Source: an uncultured Verrucomicrobiae bacterium (GTDB lineage Bacteria > Verrucomicrobiota > Verrucomicrobiia > Opitutales > JABDGR01). Taken from it: a stretch of 64,000 bases of DNA. The stretch spans positions 128,001-192,000 of the forward strand of contig CAVXVB010000004.1 in the NCBI GenBank assembly GCA_963765205.1. The letters are read 5' to 3'. Made by a program: the position numbers and the translations under genes. Shown one piece after another: positions 30,079 through 40,976 of the stretch; positions within the stretch are counted from its first letter, which is position 1, and each line of letters begins with the position of its first letter. Below the pieces are notes generated by a model. It searched no databases and was not told the DNA's origin. It was given only the letters and a program-made list of their open reading frames with translations.

Positions 30079-32676
30079 CTACGCTGCATCCTTCGGTTGC
30101 ACGGTGAGGCGCACGCGCGCGGCCGGGCGCAGGTATTTTTCAGCGAAGGCGCGCACGGCGGCGGCATCCGCGGCATCATAGGCGGCCTCGCGGATTTTCG
30201 CGTCGTTGAGCGGCAGGCCGTAGAGGGCGTTCAGCGCGGCCTGCTGCGCGCGGTGGCTGGGCGACTGGCGGCCGACGCGCAACTGCGCCTTGAGCCGCGC
30301 GCGCGCGCGGGCCAATTCCGCGTCGTCAATCTTGCCCGAGTGCAGGCGCGCGACCTCGGCGTCGAACTCCGCCAGCACCGCCGCACGCGAAGCCTGCTGC
30401 GTTCCTGCATACAAATACATCAGCCCCGCGCGCACGCCGGTGACGCGCGCCGCGCCGACGAAATACGCCAGCCCGAGTTCCTCGCGCACGCGCACAAACA
30501 GCCGGCTCGACATCCCGCTGAGCAGTTCGTCCACGATTTCGCCGGTGAGAAAATCCGGCGCGGTCACGCCACCGTCGGGATAGGCGTCGAAGACGACGGT
30601 CTGCGCGCGGTCCAGTTTTTCCACAAATTCGGCGGCGGCTTTGGGGCCGGCATAGTCCGGCGTGCGCGGCGCAAACGCGGTGGCGGGCGCGGCGGCGAGC
30701 ACCGGCCCGAGCAAATCCAGCGCCTGTGCGCGCTCGAATTGCCCCGACACCGCGACGGCTAGATTCGGCCCGACCGCCAGCGCGCGGTGCTGTTGCCGCA
30801 CGTCGTCCACCGTCAGTACGCCGACGGATTCGAGCGTGCCCAGCGCGCCGATGCTGAAGGGATGTTTTTTGAAAAACTTGGCGCGCAGCACGCGCAGGCC
30901 GTAGTCCACGATTTCGTCGTCCTCCTCGCGCAACTCGGCGAGCTGGCTGTCGCGCTCGACGGCAAACGTCCGCGCGGCGAAACCCGGCTGCCAGAGCGCG
31001 GCGCGGAGCGTGCGTGCGCCGAGGGCGAAATCGCCCGCCAGCGCCTCAAAGGCGAGTGCGAAGCTGTTGTTGCCCGTGTGTTCGTGCCAAGACGCGCCCG
31101 CGTTTTCGATCTCCTTCGCCACCGCGAGGGCGCTGCGCCCGCCGGCGTCACGCGTGAGCAGCGTCGAGAGCAGCGCCGTCACGCCGCGTTGCGCTTTGTC
31201 CTCATAGCACGCCCCGCCGTTGAGCGCCGCGCGAATGTGCACCTTCGGCAGCGCGCCGCCGGGCTGGAGGAGCAGCCGCGCGCCGTTGGGCAGGCGGATT
31301 TCCTCGAAATCCGGCCAGCCGCCCGAAGCTTTGGCGACGGCGATGTTTGGCGCGGTTTTTTTCACGGCTGGTTCGAGCGCGATAGCGCTTGATTGCTCCG
31401 CGAGCAAATAGCGCGCGGCGACTTGGGCGAGGTCGCGGGCGCGCACCTGGGCCAGGCGTTGGAAATAAACGCGCGGGTAGTCCAAATCGCCGAGCACGAC
31501 CTCGCCGTGGCCGAGGCGCGACGCCTGCCCGCTGACGGTGCGGCGGCTGTCCACTTCGCTGACGAGAATTTGTCGCCGCGCGCGGGCGACCATTTCCTCG
31601 GGCATGCCTTTTTGCGCGACGCGCGCGAGTTCCGCGGCGACGGCGGCCTCGACTTCGCCGCGTTTGCCTTCGTCGCACAAATACGAAATCCAGGACAGGC
31701 CCGCGTCGCCGGGGTTCCAGTTGCCGGCGTGGATGTGGTGGACGAGCTTTTTCTCCTCGCGCAGTTTTTGCCAGAGAATCGAGGCCTGCCCGCCGCCGAG
31801 CACAAGCGCGAGCAAGTCCAGCGCGGGCGCGTCGGGATGCGCGAGGTGCGGCACGCGATAGGCCGCGACGCCGCGCACGACGTTCACGTCGCCGCGTTCG
31901 GTCTGGTGGCGCGCGGCGAGCTGCGGCGGCTCGGCGGCAATCGTCGGCGACGGCATCCGTCGCGGGATGAGCGCGCCAAAATATTTTTCGACGAGCGCCT
32001 GCGCCTCTTCCGCGGCGAACGCGCCGGCGAGCACGACGGCGGCGTTGTTCGGCGCGTAGCGGGCGGCGTGGTAGGCGGCGAGGTCGTCGCGCGTGAGGCT
32101 CTCGAACAGCGCGCGCACGCCGATGACGGGATAGCGGTAGGGATGCTGGCGGAAGGCGAGCGCGAAGAGGCCCTCCATGAGGCGCGATTGCGGGTCGTCG
32201 CGGCCCATGTCAATCTCGCGCAAAATCACATCGCGTTCGCGGGCGACCTCGGCCGGGTCGAGTTTGGGCGCGAACACCATGTCGGCCAGCACGTCGAGAA
32301 ACAGCGGCGCGGATTCGGCGGGGCCGTCTATGTAATAGACGGTGCGGTCGAACGTCGTGTAGGCGTTGATGCTCCCGCCGGCGGCCTGCACCTCGGCGCT
32401 GATTTGCAGCGGCCCGCGCCGGGCGGTGCCCTTGAACACGAGGTGTTCGAGGTAATGCGACAACCCCGTGCCCAGCCACGCGCCCTCGTGGATGCTCCCG
32501 CTGCGAATCCAAACCTGCGCGCTGACCAGCCCGGCGGCGCGGTCCTCCTTGCTCAGTCCGACGAGGCCATTGGGCAGCGTCCAGCGATGAACCGACTCGG
32601 CCAGCAACGGCTCAAGCACGGCGGCGGGGTTGACGGAATTTCGGGAACGGGCTTGGAGTGGGCGCGATTTCTTCAC
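30079..32676 (-). CDS. M16 (pitrilysin-like) zinc peptidase, two-module
   Basis: GLSHYLEHLVFKGT (HxxEH), INAYTTFDRTVY, ERDVILREI; second module SSRLFVRVREELGLAY. GTG start at 32676 is tentative. Confidence 0.9.
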   Translation of the reverse strand: MKKSRPLQARSRNSVNPAAVLEPLLAESVHRWTLPNGLVGLSKEDRAAGLVSAQVWIRSGSIHEGAWLGTGLSHYLEHLVFKGTARRGPLQISAEVQAAGGSINAYTTFDRTVYYIDGPAESAPLFLDVLADMVFAPKLDPAEVARERDVILREIDMGRDDPQSRLMEGLFALAFRQHPYRYPVIGVRALFESLTRDDLAAYHAARYAPNNAAVVLAGAFAAEEAQALVEKYFGALIPRRMPSPTIAAEPPQLAARHQTERGDVNVVRGVAAYRVPHLAHPDAPALDLLALVLGGGQASILWQKLREEKKLVHHIHAGNWNPGDAGLSWISYLCDEGKRGEVEAAVAAELARVAQKGMPEEMVARARRQILVSEVDSRRTVSGQASRLGHGEVVLGDLDYPRVYFQRLAQVRARDLAQVAARYLLAEQSSAIALEPAVKKTAPNIAVAKASGGWPDFEEIRLPNGARLLLQPGGALPKVHIRAALNGGACYEDKAQRGVTALLSTLLTRDAGGRSALAVAKEIENAGASWHEHTGNNSFALAFEALAGDFALGARTLRAALWQPGFAARTFAVERDSQLAELREEDDEIVDYGLRVLRAKFFKKHPFSIGALGTLESVGVLTVDDVRQQHRALAVGPNLAVAVSGQFERAQALDLLGPVLAAAPATAFAPRTPDYAGPKAAAEFVEKLDRAQTVVFDAYPDGGVTAPDFLTGEIVDELLSGMSSRLFVRVREELGLAYFVGAARVTGVRAGLMYLYAGTQQASRAAVLAEFDAEVARLHSGKIDDAELARARARLKAQLRVGRQSPSHRAQQAALNALYGLPLNDAKIREAAYDAADAAAVRAFAEKYLRPAARVRLTVQPKDAA

Positions 32677-32954
32677 CCAAAAGCGATGGCAGGAACGTCG
32701 CCGCCGGGCAAAACAAAAGGGTGAACCGGTAACGGCGCAAAGCACCCCGGCAGGGTTGCCACACCCGTAGGCGGCATGAGGATTTGAACATACGTTCCAG
32801 TCCGCGCATTTAACCTTTCTGCCACTGAAGCCAACATCCCCAAAAACATCCCCAAGTTTCCTTTCAATCCTGACATAAGCCCCTATTAGCCAAAGCATAA
32901 GGGCATAATAAACATCCCCAAGTTTTTTGCATGGTGAGGCCCAAGGGCGCGATT

Positions 32955-34433
32955 TCACTTTTGACTGCCGCCATCTGAAAAACGTCCAAGTGCCCATTGG
33001 ATTTTTGATTTGTCTCCGGGACGCGACAAAGCCTGGATTCGCGCGAGCAATTCCTTTCGGGGTATCTTCCATTCGACGGAAAGCAGCGCCGACACCGCAA
33101 CTACCCGATTCGGATTGTCAAAATATGGCCGAACTTCGTCAACCTCAAGCGACCCATCTCCTTTAAGCCACGCTAAATTTTCAAAAAATTGAAATTCATT
33201 TGATAAATGGGGATCATCTTCCTTCAGCGTTTCCAAATACGAAAATATTTGTGGAAAATAGGGAGTGGCCAATATGCCGACTCGGCCAATCCCCACCAAT
33301 CCTTTAGTTGGCCACAAAGGCGCAGAAAGCTCAACCAATTGTGCAGTTAAATCGTTTAGCCGCGCCTTGAGGCCTGCGTCCACCGCCTCTTCGGTCTCAG
33401 TCGGGTGATTACTTATGACCACGCGTTGGTAGGCGGAAAACATGTCCCGCGGCAGATTGCCGGCTTTGTCCAAACCCTTGAAAGCTGCACTCCCCCAGAT
33501 TCCCAAAATACTACCCGCCTCATCGAGCAAATCGCCGGTCGAATCATCGTGCAGTGGCTTGGTGCGGATCAATTCGAGTAAATCGGGAACTATTTCAAGT
33601 CGTTCGACGCTCCGTTCAGATATAGTTACCCAGCGCTGGTCTTGCTGGCCCAATCGCACCCGCTCGATATCGCGGTGGGCCATCTCCACGACCCATGGCA
33701 AAACTGGCTGATCCATATTTCGGAGATGAAGCTCAAGATTCGGGTGTTCGCCGGGCATGACATGAGTTTGCGCGGATGCATAGAACCAACCGTCCAATTT
33801 ATTGCTCCATTCCCAAGTAACTAGCGGATAATCTGGGTGTGCTTGCAACGTTTCTTGGCGCATCGGCGGGCCCACAGAGACTGAGCAGTGAGTTCCATCA
33901 TCTGTAATTGTTTCGGCCGACCAATTATCTGACGATGTAAGATATGCATCGGCGGTGCCGTAAAGATCGGTTGTGCTGGTAACGGCAGGGACTGAATTTT
34001 GAAAGCTAAAGAAAGTTGGGCCCTTAAACATTACTTTCACGCCAGCAACAGGCAGCCCTTTTGCATCCAGCACCGTAACCTCCACTTTCTTGCCTGTGGT
34101 TCGCGTTAAAACAAATAAAATGCAAAAAGTGAGCACGGTTCCAGCTATTGCGCCTCTGATATTCAGCGCGGCTCCAACTGGCAGGCGAATGAATGCAATA
34201 ATGAGAAAGAACACTGAGGGAACGGCCAGTATAAGCAGGCCTAAAGACGCAATTATTCCAAATATGGGCACTTGTAGCGCTGCCACAGCGGGCATAAAAA
34301 ATTTGACCGAGCCGATGGCAGCCAACGCCACCGTTGGCAACCAGGGGACCAGCGCCCATTTATGCCGGCGTCCAATCGCCACACAAATAATCAGGCCAAC
34401 ACCCTCAATGACGAGTGGAATCAAAATCTCCAT
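32955..34433 (-). CDS. Hypothetical membrane protein (lower GC)
   Basis: About four N-terminal TM segments, then VEVTVLDAKGLPVAGVKV (carboxypeptidase-regulatory-like strand) and a helical C-terminus; visibly more AT-rich than its neighbours. Confidence 0.7.
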   Translation of the reverse strand: MEILIPLVIEGVGLIICVAIGRRHKWALVPWLPTVALAAIGSVKFFMPAVAALQVPIFGIIASLGLLILAVPSVFFLIIAFIRLPVGAALNIRGAIAGTVLTFCILFVLTRTTGKKVEVTVLDAKGLPVAGVKVMFKGPTFFSFQNSVPAVTSTTDLYGTADAYLTSSDNWSAETITDDGTHCSVSVGPPMRQETLQAHPDYPLVTWEWSNKLDGWFYASAQTHVMPGEHPNLELHLRNMDQPVLPWVVEMAHRDIERVRLGQQDQRWVTISERSVERLEIVPDLLELIRTKPLHDDSTGDLLDEAGSILGIWGSAAFKGLDKAGNLPRDMFSAYQRVVISNHPTETEEAVDAGLKARLNDLTAQLVELSAPLWPTKGLVGIGRVGILATPYFPQIFSYLETLKEDDPHLSNEFQFFENLAWLKGDGSLEVDEVRPYFDNPNRVVAVSALLSVEWKIPRKELLARIQALSRPGDKSKIQWALGRFSDGGSQK

Positions 34434-34537
34434 CAAAAAATAATGGCGCGGCAATGACTTGCCGACAAGTCATTATCACATCCCGAACGTGGACAAAAAT
34501 GTCCGGGCTGGCGACAATAAATGTAGGGTAGCTCCCC

Positions 34538-37066
34538 TCACGCCACCGGCTGGTTTTGCTCGAACTTGAGGGTTTCGCCGCCGGTGCAGGTGATGCGGAT
34601 GGGTTCGCCGACGCGGACTTCGCCGCGCAGGATGGCCTCCGCCAGCGGGTCTTCGAGGAAATTCTCGACGGCGCGGCGCAGCGGACGCGCCCCGTATTTC
34701 TCGTCCCAGCCCTTGGCGAGGAGGAATTCCTTGGCGGGTTCGTCCACTTCGATTTCGATTTTCTGGCCGGCGAGGCGCTTGCGCACCTTGGTCAACTCCA
34801 GCTCGATAATCTGCTTCATGTGCGCCCTGTCGAGCGGGTGGAAAATCACGATCTGGTTGACGCGGTTGAGGAACTCCGGCTTGAAGTGCCGCTTCATCTC
34901 CTCGAGGATGCGCTCCTTGCTCTTCTCGTAGTCCCCATCGCTGGTGCGGCCCACGTCGAAGCCCATCGAGGACGGGCGCTGGAGCAGTTCCGCCCCGATG
35001 TTCGAGGTCATAATGAGGATGGTGTTGCGGAAGTCCACCGTGCGCCCGAGCGAGTCGGTCAGCCGGCCGTCTTCGAGCACCTGCAGGAGCAGCTGGACGA
35101 CGTCGGGGTGGGCCTTTTCGATTTCGTCGAAGAGGACGAGCGAATAGGGCTTGCGGCGGACGGCCTCGGTGAGCTGGCCGCCCTCCTCGTAGCCAATGTA
35201 GCCGGGGGGCGAGCCGACCAGGCGCGAGACGGAGAATTTCTCCATATACTCAGACATGTCAATTTGTAACAGCGCGTCCTGGTTGCCGAAGATGCGCTCG
35301 GCGAGGGTCTTGGCCAGGTGCGTCTTGCCGACGCCGGTGGGGCCGAGGAACATGAACGAGCCGATGGGCCGGCGCGGGTCCTTCAGGTCGGCGCGCGAGC
35401 GGCGGAGGGCCTTGGCGATGACCTCGGTGGCGTGCTCCTGGCCGATGACGTTGGCCTGGAGTTCCTTTTCGAGGTTAAGCAGCTTCTGGCTCTCCTTCTG
35501 CTCCATGCGCGCGAGCGGGATGCCCGTCCAGTCGGACACGACCTGGAGCATGTCGTCCTCGCCGACGGTGATGGTGCGGCGCTCGCGGGTGTGCTTCCAC
35601 GCTTCGATTTGCTGTTCGCGCTTGGCGCGGAGCTGTTTTTCCTGGTCGCGGAATTTGGCGGCCTCCTCGAAATGCTGCTTGGCGATGGCGTCCTCCTTTT
35701 GCGCGCAGACGGTCTCGATCTCCTTGGTCAGCGCCTCGATTTCGGGCGGGCGGTTGAGGCCCTCGATGCGCGCGCGCGCGCCAGCCTCGTCGAGCACGTC
35801 AATGGCCTTGTCGGGCAGGTAGCGGGCGGTGATGTAGCGGTCGGAAAGTTTCGCGGCCAGTTCGAGCGCCCGGTCGGAGAAGATGACCTTGTGGTGCTCC
35901 TCGTATTTCTGGCGCAGGCCCTTGAGGATAAGGATGGTTTCGTCCACGCTCGGGGCCTCGACCTTGATGGATTGGAAGCGGCGGTCAAGCGCGCTGTCCT
36001 TCTCGATATACTTGCGGTATTCGCTGAGGGTGGTTGCGCCGATGCACTGCAATTCGCCGCGCGAGAGGGCGGGCTTGAAGATGTTCGACGCGTCCATCGC
36101 GCCTTCGGCCGCGCCGGCGCCGACGATGGTGTGCAGCTCGTCAATGAAGATGATGATGTTCTTCGAGCGGCGAATTTCGTCCATGACGGCCTTGATGCGT
36201 TCCTCGAACTGGCCGCGGTATTTCGTGCCGGCAACCATGAGGGCGAGGTCGAGCGTGATGACGCGCTTGTCCAACAAAATTTCCGGCACGATGCCGGAGG
36301 CGATTTCCTGGGCGAGGCCCTCGACGATGGCCGTCTTGCCGACGCCGGCTTCGCCGATCAGGACGGGGTTGTTCTTGGTGCGGCGGCAGAGCGTCTGCAC
36401 GACGCGGCGGATTTCCGCGCGGCGGCCGATGACGGGGTCGAGTTCGCCATTGCGGGCCAGCTCGGTCAAGTCGCGGCCAAAGGCCTTGAGGGCGGGCGTC
36501 TTAATTTCCTTCTTCTCCTCGGGGTTGGCGGGCGGCGTGGGCGCGGAGCCGCTGCCGCCGGGCGCGGGCGTGCCGGCCGGTTCCTCGGGCGGGGGCGCGC
36601 CGGTTTCGCCGGAAAAATTCGGGTCCAGCTCCTGCAAAATTTCGTTGCGGCAGCGCTCGATGTCCACGTCGAGGTTCTTGAGCACGCGGGCGGCGACGCC
36701 CTCCCCTTCGCGCAGCAAGCCGAGGAGAATGTGCTCGGTGCCGATGTAGGAATGGTTGAGCATCTTCGCCTCCTTCTGCGCGAGGGCCAGGACTTTTTTC
36801 ACGCGTGGCGTATACGGAATGTTGCCTTGCGGCTTGGTCTCCGGGCCGGCACCGACTTGCTTCTCGACCGCGTTGCGCACCGTTTCCAGATCAAGACCCA
36901 TCTTTTGCAGCACGCTGACGGCCACGCCCTGGTTGAGGTTAATGAGGCCCAGCAACAAGTGCTCGGTGCCCACATAATTGTGATGGAACCGGTCGGCTTC
37001 CTTGCGCGCCAGGGCCAGCACTTGTTGGGCGCGGGGCGTGAAATTGTTTTGTGGTGTGTCGGCCAT
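34538..37066 (-). CDS. clpC: ATP-dependent Clp protease ATP-binding subunit ClpC
   Basis: Double Clp-N domain, GEAGVGKT / IDELH, UVR M-domain, GPTGVGKT / LFDEIEKAH, ClpP loop [11 protein letters not shown]. Confidence 0.97.
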   Translation of the reverse strand: MADTPQNNFTPRAQQVLALARKEADRFHHNYVGTEHLLLGLINLNQGVAVSVLQKMGLDLETVRNAVEKQVGAGPETKPQGNIPYTPRVKKVLALAQKEAKMLNHSYIGTEHILLGLLREGEGVAARVLKNLDVDIERCRNEILQELDPNFSGETGAPPPEEPAGTPAPGGSGSAPTPPANPEEKKEIKTPALKAFGRDLTELARNGELDPVIGRRAEIRRVVQTLCRRTKNNPVLIGEAGVGKTAIVEGLAQEIASGIVPEILLDKRVITLDLALMVAGTKYRGQFEERIKAVMDEIRRSKNIIIFIDELHTIVGAGAAEGAMDASNIFKPALSRGELQCIGATTLSEYRKYIEKDSALDRRFQSIKVEAPSVDETILILKGLRQKYEEHHKVIFSDRALELAAKLSDRYITARYLPDKAIDVLDEAGARARIEGLNRPPEIEALTKEIETVCAQKEDAIAKQHFEEAAKFRDQEKQLRAKREQQIEAWKHTRERRTITVGEDDMLQVVSDWTGIPLARMEQKESQKLLNLEKELQANVIGQEHATEVIAKALRRSRADLKDPRRPIGSFMFLGPTGVGKTHLAKTLAERIFGNQDALLQIDMSEYMEKFSVSRLVGSPPGYIGYEEGGQLTEAVRRKPYSLVLFDEIEKAHPDVVQLLLQVLEDGRLTDSLGRTVDFRNTILIMTSNIGAELLQRPSSMGFDVGRTSDGDYEKSKERILEEMKRHFKPEFLNRVNQIVIFHPLDRAHMKQIIELELTKVRKRLAGQKIEIEVDEPAKEFLLAKGWDEKYGARPLRRAVENFLEDPLAEAILRGEVRVGEPIRITCTGGETLKFEQNQPVA

Positions 37067-37074
37067 GGGAAAAG

Positions 37075-39092
37075 TCAGGTTGGGGGTTGGGCAGCACAGA
37101 GATTGCGCAATGGTTCGTAATCTACACGCAAATTTGTCAAAACGCGAGCCGCGATTCCATCGCCCTCGCGCAAGAGCCCCAGCAGGAGGTGTTCCAATCC
37201 CACGCGGGAGCGTCGGAGGGCGGTCGCTTCTTCCCGCGCGAGGCCCAAGGCCCGGATGACGCCGGGGGTGAAGGGTATGCTTTTGGTTGGCCCAGGCTGC
37301 GTGCCCGCGGTGATCTGCTTTCCAATTTCCGCGCGCACGGCGGCCGGTTCGACCCCCATTTTGGCGAGGAGGCCAACGACGGTGTCCCGGCGGTGGCTGA
37401 GGAGCGCAAGGAGGACATGTTCCGTTGCGATACAATCATAGTGGAACCAGTCGGCCTCGCGCCGGGCGCGGGAAAGGGCTTGAATCACGTCGGGAAGAAT
37501 CACATCGAGATGGAAGGTTTTGCGCTGCTCGCCAAAAGCCGCAGCCAAAGCCTCACCCAGCTTGCCGAGCGAGGTGCGGCCCTCAGGGGTTTGCGCCCAA
37601 CGCTCGGTTCGTTCGTCGCGCATGGCCCGAAGCTTATTTTCCTGATCGCGGCACTTCGCCGCCTCCTCGAAATTCATCTTGGCGATGGCCTCATCCTTCT
37701 GCGCGCTGACTTTATCGATTTCCTTGGACAGTTCCTCGATTTCGGATGGGCGCTTGAGGCCCGCGAGGAAGGCGCGCGTCCAGGCGTCGGCGGGCACAAC
37801 ATAGGTCTTGTCGGGCCGGGTGTGGAAGCTGCGGACGGGTGGTTTCTCGCCGCCATCCGGCGCAGGGGCGGGCCCGAACCGAGACGCCCCGGCCTCGCCG
37901 GAAAAATTCGGCCCCAGTTCCTGCAAAATTTCATTGCGGCAGCGCTCAATATCCACCCCCAGGCTCCTGAGCACTCGGGCGGCGACGCCGTCGCCCTCGC
38001 GCAGTATTCCGAGCAAAATATGTTCGGTGCCAATATTTGAGTGCTGTAGCATTCTGGCCTCCTTCTGTGCCAGAGCCAGTGCCTTTTTGACGCGGGGTGT
38101 GTAGGGGATGTTGCCGGTGGGTGGCTCTTCGGGGCCGAAGCCCACTTGCTTCTCGACGGCGGCGCGCAAAGTCTCGAAATCAAGGCCCAATTTTTGCAGC
38201 ACGCTGACACCCACGCCCTGGTTGAGGCTGATGAGGCCGAGCAGCAAGTGCTCGGTGCCAACGTAATTGTGGTGGAACCGGTCAGCTTCTTTGCGCGCCA
38301 GGGCCAGCACCCGTTGGGCGCGGGGCGTGAAATTATTCAGCGGGAGCCGGCTGGTGTGGCTGCGCGTGGCCTGCGGGTCGGCCAAGCCCGACGGCAGCAG
38401 TTTTATGGAAAAGTTCCAGGTGGATTTCTCTTTGGTCGGCGGAGGTTTGATTCCCAGCCACCGGGCCAAGCCACGCCAGGGAAACTTGGACTTTTCAGTT
38501 TTGGGCCGGGAAGGGCTGCAGCGGCGTGGTGGGGGGAGGCCCGTCATTCTCCGGTGGCGGCTTGGTCTCGCCGGGGTCCGGCGGCGGGGAACCCGGATCT
38601 TCCAGCACGACCAGCGCCGCTTTGGATTTCGGGTCCTCGGAAAAATTCGGGTCTAATTCCCGCAAAATTTCCGCGCGAAACTTCGCCACATCCAACTTGA
38701 ACTCTTGAAAGACCCGCGCGGCGGCACCTTCGCCCTCACTCAAGAGGCCAAGGAGCAGGTGCTCGGTGCCGATGTAGGAATGTTTGAGCGCCTTGGCTTC
38801 CTTTTGCGCGAGGACCCAAAATTTTCTTCACGCGAGGCGTGTAGGGAATGTTGCCTGCCGGCTTGTCGGCAGGGCCACGACCCACTTCCTTTTCCACGGC
38901 GTTGCGCGTCGTCTCCAAATCGAAGCCATGCTTTTGCAGCACGCTGACCGCCACGCCCTGGCCCAGATTGACCAGGCCCAGCAACAAGTGTTCGGCGCCC
39001 ACGTAATTGTGATGGAACCGGTCAGCCTCCTTGCGCGCCAGCGCCAGCACCTGCTGCGCGCGCGGCGTGAAGCGGATCGTAGGGTCGGACAT
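37075..39092 (-). CDS. ATPase-less ClpC paralog: N-domain, N-domain, M-domain coil, N-domain (one frameshift at ~38816, probable second at ~38500-38535)
   Basis: ORF pieces 38736..39092, 38495..38743 and 37075..38547 give three complete double Clp-N domains and a UVR coil similar to ClpC's. No Walker motifs. Could be one ~670-aa gene or two genes. Confidence 0.75.
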
Positions 39093-39177
39093 GATGGAAA
39101 AATAACCGCGCCGCCATCTCCGGTGCAAAGCGAAAAAACCGCCCCACTCCGCCCCGTTGGCGCCCCCGCCGCCAAAT

Positions 39178-40266
39178 TCAATTCTTCTCGAACGCGCGCT
39201 CGAAATTCAACGTGGGCAGCGAGGCGACCTGCTCGCGCAGGAACCGTGCGCGCGCCACGTCGCGTTTTTGCGTCTCGAGCGTGCCGCGGGCGGCGAGCTG
39301 GACGTGGCCGGGCTGGCTTTCGATCAACAGGCGGTCAATCCGCGCGCGCTCCGCTTCCGGCAGCAGAGCGAGGTCGGCGGCCAGGCGCAGGAGCGAGAGG
39401 CAGTTCATCGCCTCGACCGAGGTCATCACATGCGCGTTGCGCACGGTGCCAAACGCGCGCCCAATTTTATCAAGCAGCTTGGCCGAGTCGCTCTCCATGA
39501 GTTTCGCGCGGGCGTTTTGCTCCTGCTCGACGATGGTTTGCAGCACCGAGGTGATGCGCTTGATGATGTCCTCTTCGCTTTCACCGAGGGTCTGCTGGTT
39601 GGAAATCTGAAATATACTGCCGCTGGCCTCCGAGCCTTCGCCATACCAGCCGCGCACCGCGAGGCCCAGTTGGTTCACCGCGCGGATGGCCTGCTCCATC
39701 TGGCTGGCGAGGACGAGGCCGGGCAGGTGCATCATCACCGAAGCGCGCAGACCCGTACCCACGTTGGTCGGGCACGCGGTCAGGTAACCCAGCTCCGCCG
39801 AAAACGCGAGGTCGAGCTTTTCTTCGAGGCCGTTGTCGAGCGCGTCGGCCATCTTCCACACGCGCTTGAATTGGAAGCCTGGGCGCATCACTTGCAGGCG
39901 CAGATGGTCCTCTTCATTGATCATGACCGACATGCTTTGGTCGCGGCTGATAATGACGCCCGCGCCGGGCGAGCCGGCTGACAACTCGCGGCTGATGAGG
40001 TGCCGCTCGACGAGCACTTGCTTTTCCAAATCGTCCAGCGTCGCCAAATCGAGCACATAGGCTTTTTTCATCGATGCAGCGTCCTGCGCGGCCTGTGCGC
40101 ACCGCGCAAAAATTTCCCGCCGCTGGGCCTCTTTGGCCCACCCGGGGAACGGAAAGTCCCGCAAGTTCCGCGCCAGGCGGATGCGCGTGCTGAGCACGAT
40201 CGGCCCCGGCGGCGAGCCGCCCGGCACGACCTTGGCCGGCGTGTCCAAAATAGGGAGGATGTGCAT
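39178..40266 (-). CDS. mcsB: Protein arginine kinase
   Basis: STRIRLARNL, LVERHLIS, MINEEDHLRLQ, GYLTACPTNVGTGLRASVMMHLP, FQISNQQTLG. Confidence 0.95.
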   Translation of the reverse strand: MHILPILDTPAKVVPGGSPPGPIVLSTRIRLARNLRDFPFPGWAKEAQRREIFARCAQAAQDAASMKKAYVLDLATLDDLEKQVLVERHLISRELSAGSPGAGVIISRDQSMSVMINEEDHLRLQVMRPGFQFKRVWKMADALDNGLEEKLDLAFSAELGYLTACPTNVGTGLRASVMMHLPGLVLASQMEQAIRAVNQLGLAVRGWYGEGSEASGSIFQISNQQTLGESEEDIIKRITSVLQTIVEQEQNARAKLMESDSAKLLDKIGRAFGTVRNAHVMTSVEAMNCLSLLRLAADLALLPEAERARIDRLLIESQPGHVQLAARGTLETQKRDVARARFLREQVASLPTLNFERAFEKN

Positions 40267-40286
40267 GGTGGGAGGGGAAGAATTTT

Positions 40287-40370
40287 AACCGTAGATGACG
40301 CATAGGACGCAAAAATGAAGCTATGGGTGAAGGTGCTCCTTTTGTGGCCTTTGTGGTTTTTGTGGTAAAA
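40287..40370. repeat. 9-mer-unit repeat element between mcsA and mcsB
   Basis: ACCGTAGATGACGCATAGGACGCAAA ... TTTGTGGCCTTTGTGGTTTTTGTGGTAAAA. Confidence 0.55.
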
Positions 40371-40406
40371 ATTGGTTGGGAAATTTTTGCTTTGAACTTA
40401 TAATAC

Positions 40407-40922
40407 TCAGGACGCCACGATGGGCGCATCCCGCTTGGCGCGCAGGGTTTCGAGTTGGTCGCGGTAGCACGCGGCCGTTTCGAAGTTTTCGCTTTGGACC
40501 GCTTCGCGAAACTGGCGTTCCAGGGATTCGATTTCGCGGGCCAATTCGAGGCGGCGCCACTGGCGCGTGGGCGTCTTGCCCTGGTGTCGGCCACCTTTGT
40601 GCAGCCCGGCCAGGAGCGGCCCCAGCTCCGCCTTCATGGTGTCGTAACAAGCCGCGCAGCCGAGCCGGCCGGATTTCTTGAAATCGCGCGCCGTGTAGCC
40701 GCATTGCTCGCAGACGAGGCTCACGCCTTCGGTTTCCTCGGCCGGGTCGGCGAAACTCTTGGCCAGCAAGGCCGCCAGCGAAAATGTCTCCGAGTCGGTC
40801 ACCCCTTTCGACTGCGCGCACTCCTCGCACAGGTCCACTTTCTGGAACTGGTTCTTGACGACTTTCGTCAGATGGACGTGGGCGGGTTTGCCGCACAAAT
40901 CGCAATGGAGGGATTCGCCCAT
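40407..40922 (-). CDS. mcsA: McsB activator with CxxC motifs and UVR coil
   Basis: CDLC, LCEECA, CEQCG, GRLGCAACY, HQGKTP, ENFETAACYRD. Confidence 0.93.
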   Translation of the reverse strand: MGESLHCDLCGKPAHVHLTKVVKNQFQKVDLCEECAQSKGVTDSETFSLAALLAKSFADPAEETEGVSLVCEQCGYTARDFKKSGRLGCAACYDTMKAELGPLLAGLHKGGRHQGKTPTRQWRRLELAREIESLERQFREAVQSENFETAACYRDQLETLRAKRDAPIVAS

Positions 40923-40960
40923 GGTTGGTTAAATATCACCTATCGGCACTCAAGTGAAGG

Positions 40961-40976
40961 GCATAATACGTGCCAA
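40961..40976 (-). promoter_or_regulatory. Putative sigma54 (-24/-12) promoter for the mcsA-mcsB-clpC operon
   Basis: Minus strand TTGGCACGTATTATGC: TGGCACG-N4-ATGC with exact GG-N10-GC spacing, 38 nt upstream of the mcsA ATG. Confidence 0.6.

Noticed and set aside
32677..33072. Long N-terminal extensions in the ORF track for the M16 peptidase (also clpC, gcvP, LysM, plsY)
   Set aside because: They come from choosing the most upstream start; they overlap neighbouring genes or repeats and lack family similarity.
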